Shown here piece after piece: positions 50,345 through 59,104 of a DNA stretch of 64,000 bases (within the stretch, counting starts at the first letter, position 1; the number at the start of each line of letters is the position of its first letter). This DNA comes from an uncultured Lactobacillus sp. (GTDB taxonomy: Bacteria > Bacillota > Bacilli > Lactobacillales > Lactobacillaceae), in assembly GCA_910587695.1 (NCBI GenBank), contig CAJUNC010000011.1:8187-72186 (forward strand), given 5' to 3'. Made by a program: the position numbers and the translations under genes. Under the pieces are notes generated by a model, which made no database searches, had not been told where the DNA came from, and saw only the letters and a list, made by a program, of their open reading frames with translations.

Positions 50345-53026
50345 TTGAGATCTAGAAAAGAAGAAGTATTAGAAATATTAATTAAAAACCATAATAAATT
50401 TACCGCAAAAGAATTGGCGGATGAATTACAGATCGATCGGACCAATGTCAGTCGTTATCTCAATGAGTTGACCAAAGAAGGCGTGGTCCAAAAAATTGAC
50501 GGTCGTCCCGTAAAGTTTCAAAGTACAACGGTAGTGGTCAAAAAACATATTGATTTTGATAACTTGATCGGTCGCAAAGATTCGTTAAAGAGTCAGATCC
50601 AAAAGGCTAAGGCGGCTATCTTATATCCGCCGCGAGGATTGCATACTCTTATTTTTGGTGAGACGGGGACTGGCAAGACGATGTTTGCGGAATGTATGTA
50701 TCGTTTTGCGCTCACGGCACAGGTATTAACTAAAGATGCTCCGTTTATCACATTTAACTGTGCTGACTATGCGCAGAATCCACAATTACTTTACGGACAT
50801 ATTTTCGGGGTCAAGCGTGGAGCCTTTACGGGTGCTGAAGAGACACGCAAGGGTTTGTTAGAGCAGGCTGATGGCGGGATCTTATTTTTAGATGAGATCC
50901 ACCGCTTACCCCCCGAAGGTCAAGAGATGTTGTTCACCTTTATCGATAAGGGGACTTTTCGGTCGTTAGGTGATGAGAAAGAAAAACAAGCGTCAGTTCA
51001 GATCATTGGAGCAACGACAGAGACCAGCTCGCTTTTTTTGAAGACCTTCAATCGTCGGATCCCGATGCAGATCGAATTACCTGCTTTAGCTGAGCGCTCA
51101 CTTGATGAACGACTAGCGATCATCAAGGAATTTTTACAGCAAGAAGCCAATCGTTTAGTCCAAGAGATCACGATCGATCGGCGCAGTCTATTGGCGTTTT
51201 TGTTGTATCGAGCTGAGGGTAATATCGGACAGTTGAAACGTGATCTAAAATTAGTCTGTGCGAAAGCTTTCTTGCACTACCAGACAAGTGATACGAGTGA
51301 AAAACTAGCGATCACAGAAGATGATCTTCCGTTGATCGTACAAAAGGGGCTTTTACGTCTCGCTGAAGTTCGTGAAAAGGTCTTGCCACTTTTAGATAAT
51401 AAGCAATTGGCCTTGACATTACGCCCTGGAAAACAAGAGGTAGTCTGGGAACAAGATCCTAATCAAAATATGGAAGTCTATGATTCGATCACCTATAAGT
51501 TAGAAAAATTGAGTCGTGAAAATCTATCTGAGATCGATCTAGGTGAATTGATCGCTAAAGATGTCGAGCGCTATTTTGAGACTTATATTGAAGAATTAGC
51601 CCACACCAATGTTTACCGTGAGATAATCTCAGATGATCTTTGGAACTTAGTCAATGAACTTTATGATCTAGCTGCTAAGAAGCTAAAGCGAAAATATGAT
51701 GAAAAAGAGCGGTTCACCTTTGCGTTACACCTCAATTCGACGATCGAGCGCATTTTGAATGGGCGGTTTATCTCGCATCCTAATCTTAATGATGTCCGAC
51801 GTAACTATTCCAAAGAATTTCAGCTTGCGATCGAATTTTCTGCGCGGATCGAAGAAGCTTATGATATCACGATGCCATTAGATGAGATCGGTTTTATCAC
51901 GCTGTTTTTGACTAATGATAATACTATAAATGCGACTCCTACAGCTGATCAAGTGGAAGTCTTTGTGGTGATGCATGGGCGTTCCACTGCTTCTAGTATG
52001 CTCGAAACAGTCCAAGAACTTCTAGGAACGACTAAAGGCAAGGCGTTTAACATGCCGTTGACATTAAAAAGTGAAGCAATGTATCGCCAGATCAAAAAAT
52101 ATATTCAAGCAGACCAAGCTAGATTTTCAGCAGGGGTCATTTTGTTGACCGATATGGGGTCTCCCAATGATTTTGGTAAATTGGTCGAACATGAATTGGG
52201 AGTTCGAACAAAAGTGATCTCGATGACAAGCACGATGATCGTCTTGGAGAGTTTACGCTTAGCTATTCTAGGAAGATCGTTAGCTGAGATCTATAACAGT
52301 GTAACAGCAATGTTAAAAAATGTTGGACAACTAGAAGCTCCCCAGCTTAAAGCAAATAAAAAGAAAGCGATCATTGTGGCTTGCTTTACCGGTGAGGGTG
52401 TATCTAAGCGACTAAATGAGATCGTTTCACAAGTTGTTGATCTGAATGAATTTGAGGTCATTCAGCTACAGTCACTCGAGCGCGAAGGGTTTAAACAACG
52501 TATCGATCAGATCATGTTACACCAAGAGATCGTAGCGATCGTTGGGACGCTCAAGTTGGATTATCAAAATATTCCCTTTATCCCTGCTACCGATCTGTTT
52601 GAGCAGGGCAAGATCTTAGAATTTCAAAAACTTCTGGGAACTAAGATCAGTTTACAAGAGATGGCGACTTCATTGACTCAAGAATTTTCAAAAAATATAG
52701 ATCCTAAGTTGCTTTTAGAGCTGAGTACTAAAGCGTTGCAAGCGCTGTGTCGCGATGAAGGGATCGTGATCGAAAATAATGCTTTACAGGCTTTGAGTTT
52801 GCATATCGCTTTTTTGGTCGACAAGTTAAAGAAAAATGAGCCACGCCCCTTATTTAAAGATGTCACATTTTATCGTCAAAAACAACGTCGATTATTTGAA
52901 CAGGTAACTTCACACTTGAAAGTTTTGGAAGAGACTTTTGCTGTTTATTTTGATGAAAATGATATCGCATACATTGTAAAGACGATCGCAGATGATCGGC
53001 TCGATCTAAAGTTACACAGTGTGTAG
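50345..53026 (+). CDS. Sigma-54-dependent PTS regulator, LevR/CelR type (wHTH, AAA+, PRD, EIIA-Man-like, EIIB-Gat-like, PRD)
   Basis: Walker A GETGTGKT, an intact GAFTGA loop at nt 50819-50836 and Walker B GILFLDEIH. PRD regions and EII-like modules follow (VVMHGRSTASSM, IIVACFTGEG). A TTG start at 50345 sits 7 nt after AGGAGG. Confidence 0.88.
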   Translation: MRSRKEEVLEILIKNHNKFTAKELADELQIDRTNVSRYLNELTKEGVVQKIDGRPVKFQSTTVVVKKHIDFDNLIGRKDSLKSQIQKAKAAILYPPRGLHTLIFGETGTGKTMFAECMYRFALTAQVLTKDAPFITFNCADYAQNPQLLYGHIFGVKRGAFTGAEETRKGLLEQADGGILFLDEIHRLPPEGQEMLFTFIDKGTFRSLGDEKEKQASVQIIGATTETSSLFLKTFNRRIPMQIELPALAERSLDERLAIIKEFLQQEANRLVQEITIDRRSLLAFLLYRAEGNIGQLKRDLKLVCAKAFLHYQTSDTSEKLAITEDDLPLIVQKGLLRLAEVREKVLPLLDNKQLALTLRPGKQEVVWEQDPNQNMEVYDSITYKLEKLSRENLSEIDLGELIAKDVERYFETYIEELAHTNVYREIISDDLWNLVNELYDLAAKKLKRKYDEKERFTFALHLNSTIERILNGRFISHPNLNDVRRNYSKEFQLAIEFSARIEEAYDITMPLDEIGFITLFLTNDNTINATPTADQVEVFVVMHGRSTASSMLETVQELLGTTKGKAFNMPLTLKSEAMYRQIKKYIQADQARFSAGVILLTDMGSPNDFGKLVEHELGVRTKVISMTSTMIVLESLRLAILGRSLAEIYNSVTAMLKNVGQLEAPQLKANKKKAIIVACFTGEGVSKRLNEIVSQVVDLNEFEVIQLQSLEREGFKQRIDQIMLHQEIVAIVGTLKLDYQNIPFIPATDLFEQGKILEFQKLLGTKISLQEMATSLTQEFSKNIDPKLLLELSTKALQALCRDEGIVIENNALQALSLHIAFLVDKLKKNEPRPLFKDVTFYRQKQRRLFEQVTSHLKVLEETFAVYFDENDIAYIVKTIADDRLDLKLHSV

Positions 53027-53089
53027 ATCTAAGTTTTTTGTGTGTAACGCAAAAAGCCTATCATATCGCGCTTTTTTAACATAAAAAGT

Positions 53090-53105
53090 TGGCACAGAAA
53101 TTGCT
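53090..53105 (+). promoter_or_regulatory. Sigma-54 (-24/-12) promoter TGGCAC-N5-TTGCT
   Basis: Exact TGGCACagaaaTTGCT, 44 nt upstream of the PTS IIB start and directly downstream of the LevR-type activator gene. Confidence 0.8.
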
Positions 53106-53148
53106 ATATATAAAGTGTACAGTAAAAAATTTATGAGAGGTGTTTAAA

Positions 53149-53457
53149 ATGAAAAGAATCATGTTAGTTTGTGCAGCGGGAATGAGTACGAGTTTGTTAG
53201 TGACGAAGATGCAAGCAGCGGCAAAAGAAAAAGACCTGGAAGCTGAGATCTTTGCGGTTTCAGCTACTGAAGCTGACGAACGCTTAGCCGATACTAATGC
53301 CCCCGTTGATGTCTTATTGTTAGGACCACAAGTGCGGTATATGCAAAATGAATTTGAAAATAAATTAACGATCCCAGTTGCTGTTATCGACATGCGTGAT
53401 TACGGGACGATGAATGGAGAAGCTGTTTTAAAGACTGCGCTTGGACTGATGGAATAG
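53149..53457 (+). CDS. PTS lactose/cellobiose-family EIIB
   Basis: MKRIMLVCAAGMSTSLLV contains the catalytic Cys motif of EIIB(Cel). Confidence 0.88.
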   Translation: MKRIMLVCAAGMSTSLLVTKMQAAAKEKDLEAEIFAVSATEADERLADTNAPVDVLLLGPQVRYMQNEFENKLTIPVAVIDMRDYGTMNGEAVLKTALGLME

Positions 53458-53468
53458 GGGGAGCATAG

Positions 53469-53798
53469 ATGGAAATGCAATTAGAAACGCTGATGGGCTT
53501 GATCATTAATGCTGGCAATGCTAAAAGTGATGCGATGGAAGCGATCCAAGCAGCTAAGGCAAATGACTTTTCAAAAGCCAAAGAAAAATTAGCTGCAGCT
53601 GATCAAGCTTTATTAAAAGCACACCATTCACAAACAGAATTATTAAAAGATGAAGCTAGTGGTAAGGAGATGACGGTCACATTGCTTACGGTCCACAGCC
53701 AGGATCATTTGATGACAGCGATCACTTTTAATGATCTGGCCAAAGAGATCGTTGAAGTCTATCAGCATTTGGCAGCTAAAGAAGGTGATGGAAAGTGA
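53469..53798 (+). CDS. PTS lactose/cellobiose-family EIIA
   Basis: About 109-aa three-helix-bundle type with the conserved AH.SQT and HSQDHLM region. Confidence 0.88.
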   Translation: MEMQLETLMGLIINAGNAKSDAMEAIQAAKANDFSKAKEKLAAADQALLKAHHSQTELLKDEASGKEMTVTLLTVHSQDHLMTAITFNDLAKEIVEVYQHLAAKEGDGK

Positions 53799-54931
53799 AA
53801 TTAGCGCGCGATCAAGCTACTTTGGCTAAGATCACAGCTTTGATCGAGTATGCTTTTCAAAAGAAACATTCACTCAATACTGATCCAGTGTTTTTGGCTC
53901 GGTATGAACATGCGGATGCCTATGGAGCGTACCAAGCTGATGAATTGGCAAATTTGGTCATGGCAAATCAGTTTGAGGTCCAGTGTTTTTCTAAAAGTCT
54001 CAAAATGGCAGGTGTGGGTTATGTGGCGAGCTATCCTGAGTATCGCGGTCAAGGTACGATCGCTAAGCTTATGGGTGAACTTTTGTGCGACCTATATGAA
54101 AATGGAGTAGCTATTTCTCAGCTGGCACCATTTTCAGAAAAATTTTATCGTCAGTTTGGCTATGAAAATACGAGCCAAAAGAAGAACTATCAGATCCCCG
54201 CAACTGCTTTTGCTCATTTCAAAAGTGAGCGCCAGGGTTTTGTCAAACGTGGAACTTGGCAGCAACTTGGAAAGTCGATCAAGGATATCTATCAAAGCTT
54301 GCTACCAGGACAAAGCGGGACCTTGATCCGTGAAAATTGGTGGTGGGAACGCTTGGCTGCATATTACCCCGATCGATTTTATGCGGTAGCATTTGACGAT
54401 GAAAAAAGAGCTGTGGGTTATCTTATTTATCGTATGCAGGGGGAGACCCTAGTCTTAGATGAGCTGGCATATCAAAACGACTTTGCTGTGCGGAAATTGT
54501 TGACTTATGTAAAAGCGCATACATCGTCGTTTGAAAAGGTCATTTATTCTGGTCCAGTACAAGCACTACTTGAAAACTACTTTGGTGAGCAACAAGAACT
54601 TTTGACCACGCTAAGACCATATATGATGAGCAGGATCATCGATATCAAGCAAGTCTTGCAGGCTCTACCGTTACAGCAAAAAGTGATCGTTGAAGTGACA
54701 GAAGATAGCTATTGTCCATGGAACGTGGGAAGCTGGCTGATCGATCAAAGAACATGTCAAAAAGTCAAATGTACTGGTGATGTGCAGGGCTCGATACAGA
54801 GCCTGAGTGAGTTGCTGTTAGGGGGCTTGACCTTAGCTGAAGCTGTTTTTTTAGGAAAAGTAAATGTGACAAAGCAATTTGCCAGTGATCCTTTTCCTAA
54901 AGGGCAACAAAGTTTTTATGATTATTTTTAA
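53795..54931 (+). CDS. Eis-like GNAT N-acetyltransferase with C-terminal SCP2-like domain
   Basis: GNAT motif A region (VASYPEYRGQGTIAKLM). The length and tripartite layout resemble Eis-family enzymes. The GTG start overlaps the EIIA stop. Confidence 0.7.
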   Translation: MKLARDQATLAKITALIEYAFQKKHSLNTDPVFLARYEHADAYGAYQADELANLVMANQFEVQCFSKSLKMAGVGYVASYPEYRGQGTIAKLMGELLCDLYENGVAISQLAPFSEKFYRQFGYENTSQKKNYQIPATAFAHFKSERQGFVKRGTWQQLGKSIKDIYQSLLPGQSGTLIRENWWWERLAAYYPDRFYAVAFDDEKRAVGYLIYRMQGETLVLDELAYQNDFAVRKLLTYVKAHTSSFEKVIYSGPVQALLENYFGEQQELLTTLRPYMMSRIIDIKQVLQALPLQQKVIVEVTEDSYCPWNVGSWLIDQRTCQKVKCTGDVQGSIQSLSELLLGGLTLAEAVFLGKVNVTKQFASDPFPKGQQSFYDYF

Positions 54932-54964
54932 AGCAATTATTAAAAGAAATGAGAGGGATTTCAG

Positions 54965-56227
54965 ATGGATAAATTCATTAATTTCATGGAAAAACATTTC
55001 ATTCCATATGCATCAAAGATCGGTAATCAAAGACATTTGATCGCGATCCGGGATGCGTTTACAGTTACGATGCCATTGATGATCTTGGGTGCTTTAGCGG
55101 TAATGATCAATAATTTACCGATCCCAGCATTCCAAAACTTCATGAAGAGCATTTTTGGTGGATCATGGACCGGTTTTGGAGCCGCTGTTTGGAACGGGAC
55201 CTTTGGAGTCTTGTCAGTCTTTATCGCCTTTTTGGTCGCTTATAATTTGGCTAAGGGCTACGGCAAAGATCCGATCGGTGCTGGCGTTGTCTCAGTTGCA
55301 TCATTTTTCACATTAGGTGCTGCTACAAGCGGGATGAACTCATCTGGTCTGTTTATCGCCTTGCTTGTCGGGATCGCTGTTGCTGAGATCTTTACCCGTT
55401 TAGTTGGTAATAAAAAATTGATCATCAAAATGCCTGATGGAGTACCACCGGCTGTTGCAACTTCATTTGCTTCACTCTTTCCAGCCATGATCACGATCGC
55501 ACTCTTTGGATTGATCGCAGCGATCGTAGCTGCCTTTGGGGTAAAAGATATGTTTGCTGCTTTCTATGCAGCTGTTCAAGAACCATTTATGGGGTTGGCT
55601 AATTCTTATGGTTCAGCCTTGTTTATCGCTTTTATCACCCCATTCTTGTGGTTCTTTGGGCTACATGGTGCCAATATGATCGATCCTTTTATGCAAGCGA
55701 TCAATGCGCCAGCGATCGCAGCCAACGCCGATGCCTTAGCTGCTGGGAAAACTGCACCTTATATCGTAAATAAACCTTTTATCGATTCATTTGTAAATAT
55801 GGGTGGTACTGGGGTAACGATCGGGTTGATCATTGCGATCTATTTAGTTGGACGTAAAAATAAACCATACATGGTGGTCAATAACTTGGCTGCGGCACCA
55901 GGGATCTTTAATATCAATGAGCCTTTGATGTTTGGTTTGCCACTGGTCTTGAATCCGATCATGTTCATTCCATTTATTTTGACACCAATGGTCTGCGTTA
56001 CAACAGCTTATTTTGCAACAAGTTTTGGTTGGGTCCCAGTGGCTACGGTAATGCCACCTTGGGTCACACCACCGATCATCGGCGGTTTCTTGGCAACACA
56101 AAGTTTTACGGGCGGTCTTTTGGCAGCGGTCAACTTGGTGATCGCAGTCTTGATCTATATGCCATTTGTATCATTAGCAACACGTCAAGAACAAAAGAAA
56201 GTCAAAGCAGCTGAAGCTAAAGCTTAA
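54965..56227 (+). CDS. PTS lactose/cellobiose-family EIIC
   Basis: 420-aa polytopic protein. The N-terminal F.E..F.P.A.KIG.QRHL.AIRD motif is typical of EIIC(Cel). Confidence 0.9.
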   Translation: MDKFINFMEKHFIPYASKIGNQRHLIAIRDAFTVTMPLMILGALAVMINNLPIPAFQNFMKSIFGGSWTGFGAAVWNGTFGVLSVFIAFLVAYNLAKGYGKDPIGAGVVSVASFFTLGAATSGMNSSGLFIALLVGIAVAEIFTRLVGNKKLIIKMPDGVPPAVATSFASLFPAMITIALFGLIAAIVAAFGVKDMFAAFYAAVQEPFMGLANSYGSALFIAFITPFLWFFGLHGANMIDPFMQAINAPAIAANADALAAGKTAPYIVNKPFIDSFVNMGGTGVTIGLIIAIYLVGRKNKPYMVVNNLAAAPGIFNINEPLMFGLPLVLNPIMFIPFILTPMVCVTTAYFATSFGWVPVATVMPPWVTPPIIGGFLATQSFTGGLLAAVNLVIAVLIYMPFVSLATRQEQKKVKAAEAKA

Positions 56228-56243
56228 GAAAAGAGGCAAAAAC

Positions 56244-57332
56244 TTGAAACGTGAAATCGGAATTTCGGTCTATCCAGACCACAGTGATCCTAAAAAAGAC
56301 CGTGAATATATCAAAAAGGCCGCTGAATTAGGCTATACGCGGATCTTTATGAGTATGCTCGAAGTAAAGGATAAAGCAAAGGCCAGCCAAAAGTTCAGTG
56401 AGATCATAGGGTATGCTAAAGACAAGGGCTTTGAAGTGATCTTAGATATTGCGCCAGCGATCTTTGATAAATTAGGCATTTCATACGATGATCTGAGCTT
56501 TTTTGCCAAATTAGGTGCTGATGGGATCAGACTAGATGAAGGATTTGATGGCAATAAAGAAGCAATGCTGAGTTATAACCCTGAAGGTCTAGCGATCGAG
56601 TTGAATATGAGCAATAATGTAGCGTATTTGGAAAATATCTTGTCATATGAAGCTAATGAACCCTTTATTTATGGATGTCATAATTTCTATCCGCAGGAAG
56701 GTTCGGCTTTGCCATATGATTTCTTTGTCAGTTGCAGTCAACGTTTCAAGCGTCATGGGATCAAAACTGCAGCTTTTGTGACAAGCCAAAGTGCTAAAGT
56801 GGGGCCGTGGGATGTCAATGATGGATTACCTACGCTTGAGATGCACCGCCACTTACCACTTGATCTGCAAGCACGTCACATGTTTGCTACGGGTCTGATC
56901 GATGTGGTGATCATCGGTAATGCCTATGCTTCAGATGAAGAATTAGAAGCACTAGCAGCGATCGATCGGTATAAATTGAGTTTAGGGATCGAATTTGTCG
57001 CCAATGCAACTGAGCTTGAGAAAAAGATCGTGACTGATCCCAAGCATTTTCGCCGTGGAGATATCACTGCCCAAGCGATCCGCTCGACGATGGTGCGGGT
57101 AAAATACGCCGATGAGCCTAATCCTGCGCATGATAACATGAGAGAATTTCAAGTAGGTGATGTTGTAGTTGGAAATGATGGCTTTGGTAAATATAAAAAT
57201 GAGTTGCAGATCGTTTTAGAACCACATCAAGATCCACGTAAGAATCTCGTAGGTAAGATCTTGCCAGAAGAATTGATATTACTTGATTTTGTCAAGCCTT
57301 GGACTAAATTTTGTTTTGTTCCCAAAAACTGA
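56244..57332 (+). CDS. DUF871 / MupG-family TIM-barrel 6-phospho-glycosidase-like protein
   Basis: GISVYP...YIKKAAELGYTRIFMSM and the overall length match DUF871, the family of the 6-phospho-N-acetylmuramidase MupG. Confidence 0.78.
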   Translation: MKREIGISVYPDHSDPKKDREYIKKAAELGYTRIFMSMLEVKDKAKASQKFSEIIGYAKDKGFEVILDIAPAIFDKLGISYDDLSFFAKLGADGIRLDEGFDGNKEAMLSYNPEGLAIELNMSNNVAYLENILSYEANEPFIYGCHNFYPQEGSALPYDFFVSCSQRFKRHGIKTAAFVTSQSAKVGPWDVNDGLPTLEMHRHLPLDLQARHMFATGLIDVVIIGNAYASDEELEALAAIDRYKLSLGIEFVANATELEKKIVTDPKHFRRGDITAQAIRSTMVRVKYADEPNPAHDNMREFQVGDVVVGNDGFGKYKNELQIVLEPHQDPRKNLVGKILPEELILLDFVKPWTKFCFVPKN

Positions 57333-57417
57333 GCGTTTGAGGTGCAAGTGATCGATAAACTATGTGTGAAATAGCTGGGAAGTAATAAAAATTTAAAATA
57401 TCTATAATATATTTATT

Positions 57418-57446
57418 GCCGTAGCTGATCTAGCTGCGGCTTTTTT
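57418..57446 (+). terminator. Rho-independent terminator of the PTS operon
   Basis: gccgtagct / agctgcggc stem followed by TTTTTT. Confidence 0.6.
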
Positions 57447-57480
57447 AAAAAAGGCGTCATTTTCAACTTTTGACGCCTAA
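57445..57480 (-). terminator. Hairpin terminator downstream of the recombinase gene (contains the left inverted repeat)
   Basis: aggcgtca / tgacgcct stem. The A-run on the plus strand is a T-run on the minus strand. Confidence 0.5.
57452..57468. repeat. Left copy of the 17-bp perfect inverted repeat AGGCGTCATTTTCAACT
   Basis: It is the exact reverse complement of 58167-58183. Confidence 0.9.
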
Positions 57481-57509
57481 TGATTCACCCCATATTATAC
57501 ATAATAAAG

Positions 57510-58106
57510 CTAGTCAAAATCAATTTTATCTAGGATGTTTTCACGGGTAGTTTGATCGATCCCTAGATAATGTAAAGTTGATTGTTGGCTACTATGATTT
57601 AATAATTGCATAACAAAACCGATATCAAAGTTAGTTTGTTGGTAGACAAAATACGCACCTGTTTTCCGCATTGTATGTGTACCTAAGTAATCGATACCTA
57701 AGAGATCGCCTGTTTTAGCCATGATCTTATAGTATTGTTTACGTGTCAAATGTTTGGCTGGGTCAGTAAAAGATGGGAAAAGCCAGACTGATTCGATCTG
57801 TTGGTCTTTTAACCAGAGGCGATAATCTTTAAGATCTTGTGTTACTGGCTTTAAATAAATAGTATTTGGCTTATTAGTTTTCTGATCATAGATATGAGTT
57901 CTCATCTTTACTTGTCCATTTTTGTTATAAACATCTGAATATTTTAGTGATAAAACATCACTTACTCGTAATAATGTAGCTTTACCTACTTGAAAAATAG
58001 TATAGTTACGACGCCCTGCTCGGAAATGCTCAAGTAGGGTCTTTTTTACTTGAGAAAGTACGATTTTATTTTTGATCGGTTGTACAGTATAGAATTTGTG
58101 TTCCAT
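57510..58106 (-). CDS. Short tyrosine recombinase (catalytic domain only, 198 aa)
   Basis: Catalytic residues are recognisable: R in ATLLRVSDVL, HxxR in GTHTMRKTG, H in LLNHSS and the Y nucleophile in TLHYLG. There is no N-terminal core-binding domain. Confidence 0.85.
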   Translation of the reverse strand: MEHKFYTVQPIKNKIVLSQVKKTLLEHFRAGRRNYTIFQVGKATLLRVSDVLSLKYSDVYNKNGQVKMRTHIYDQKTNKPNTIYLKPVTQDLKDYRLWLKDQQIESVWLFPSFTDPAKHLTRKQYYKIMAKTGDLLGIDYLGTHTMRKTGAYFVYQQTNFDIGFVMQLLNHSSQQSTLHYLGIDQTTRENILDKIDFD

Positions 58107-58166
58107 AGCTCAGTCCCCCTCATTCATAGGATTTAGATAGTTATCGTACCATTTTTATAACCATTA

Positions 58167-58183
58167 GTTGAAAATGACGCCTG
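58167..58183. repeat. Right copy of the 17-bp perfect inverted repeat (AGTTGAAAATGACGCCT)
   Basis: It is the exact reverse complement of 57452-57468. Confidence 0.9.
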
Positions 58184-58197
58184 TAATAAGTATTAAA
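58169..58197 (+). promoter_or_regulatory. Putative promoter of the RM-like operon (TTGAAA-17-TATTAA), with the -35 inside the right inverted repeat
   Basis: Hexamers at 58169-58174 and 58192-58197 with a 17-nt spacer. Confidence 0.3.
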
Positions 58198-58227
58198 TGA
58201 TGATCTAAAAGTGATGGAGGAACTTAA

Positions 58228-59103
58228 GTGGATGATTTTTATGAGAGAAATAGTATACGAGAAAAATTCCCGAAGATCTTAGATATTTTATTACTAGATA
58301 GAACTAGATCAACTACTAGATCTCATCAAAATATAATTTGGGCAAATAGTAATTATCGAAGTAAAGGTAAAGCATATTCTCAAACTTCTCAGATAAAATC
58401 GAGTCTAATAACGGGAAAAATGAAAGACGTTATTAGATCAAGAGCATTTAAATCAAAAGATATTCAAAAAGCTAGGACAAAGCAAAAGGCTGAGGTTTTT
58501 ACACCTACTTGGGTGATCAAACAACAGATCGATGAAGTAAGTACTGCTCAGCGAGATGATCTAGATAGTCATATAAAAATAAAGTGGTTAGAAATAGCTT
58601 GTGGTGAAGCGCCTTATATCACTACTAGATATGATATGAAAACAGGAAAATTTATTGAAGTATCTAAACGAGTAGGTGTCTTAGATCGAAAACTGAAGAT
58701 GGTAAATGAAAAGATAGCTGGATTTTTAGCTTGGCAAAATGCTGTTGAATTGGCATATAAAACGATTTATGGCTTTGAGTGGAATGGTGATTCATTGCTA
58801 CTTGCTCGTGAAAATTTACTGTATACATATATCGAAAATTATGTATTTAAGTGGCAAGTTTATCCTGATGAAAAATCTCTTGAGAAGATAGCAGTCATTA
58901 TCAGCTATAACATCTTTCAAATGGATGGTCTGAAATATATTATTCCACTTTCTGAAAAGAAAGAAAAAATTCACAGTGGTCAGCTATCATTATTCGATGA
59001 TCCAGAGCCAACACAATGGATCATTAAAAAAGGGATCAGGGTAAAAGTTATGAACTGGGAAAAAAATAAAATGGAATTTTTTGATAAAGGGATCGGTGAA
59101 TAA
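58228..59103 (+). CDS. N6-adenine-methyltransferase-like protein lacking a recognisable (D/N)PP(Y/F) motif
   Basis: AEVFTPTWVIKQ resembles motif X (xxFxTP). WLEIACGEAPYI resembles a degenerate motif I (EPxCGxGxF). YGFEWNGDSLLLAREN resembles motif II/III. The position where NPPY is expected reads IISYNIFQMD. GTG start 6 nt after GGAGGA. Confidence 0.6.
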   Translation: MDDFYERNSIREKFPKILDILLLDRTRSTTRSHQNIIWANSNYRSKGKAYSQTSQIKSSLITGKMKDVIRSRAFKSKDIQKARTKQKAEVFTPTWVIKQQIDEVSTAQRDDLDSHIKIKWLEIACGEAPYITTRYDMKTGKFIEVSKRVGVLDRKLKMVNEKIAGFLAWQNAVELAYKTIYGFEWNGDSLLLARENLLYTYIENYVFKWQVYPDEKSLEKIAVIISYNIFQMDGLKYIIPLSEKKEKIHSGQLSLFDDPEPTQWIIKKGIRVKVMNWEKNKMEFFDKGIGE

Positions 59104-59104
59104 G

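Noticed and set aside
53027-53089. Possible LevR upstream activating sequence or terminator (AAAAAGC...GCTTTTT) between the activator gene and the sigma-54 promoter
   Set aside because: The pairing is weak (7 bp with a 12-nt loop) and I could not define a convincing dyad. The region is left unannotated.
53076-53393. 105-aa minus-strand ORF
   Set aside because: It is antisense to the PTS EIIB gene and runs across the sigma-54 promoter. No coding support.
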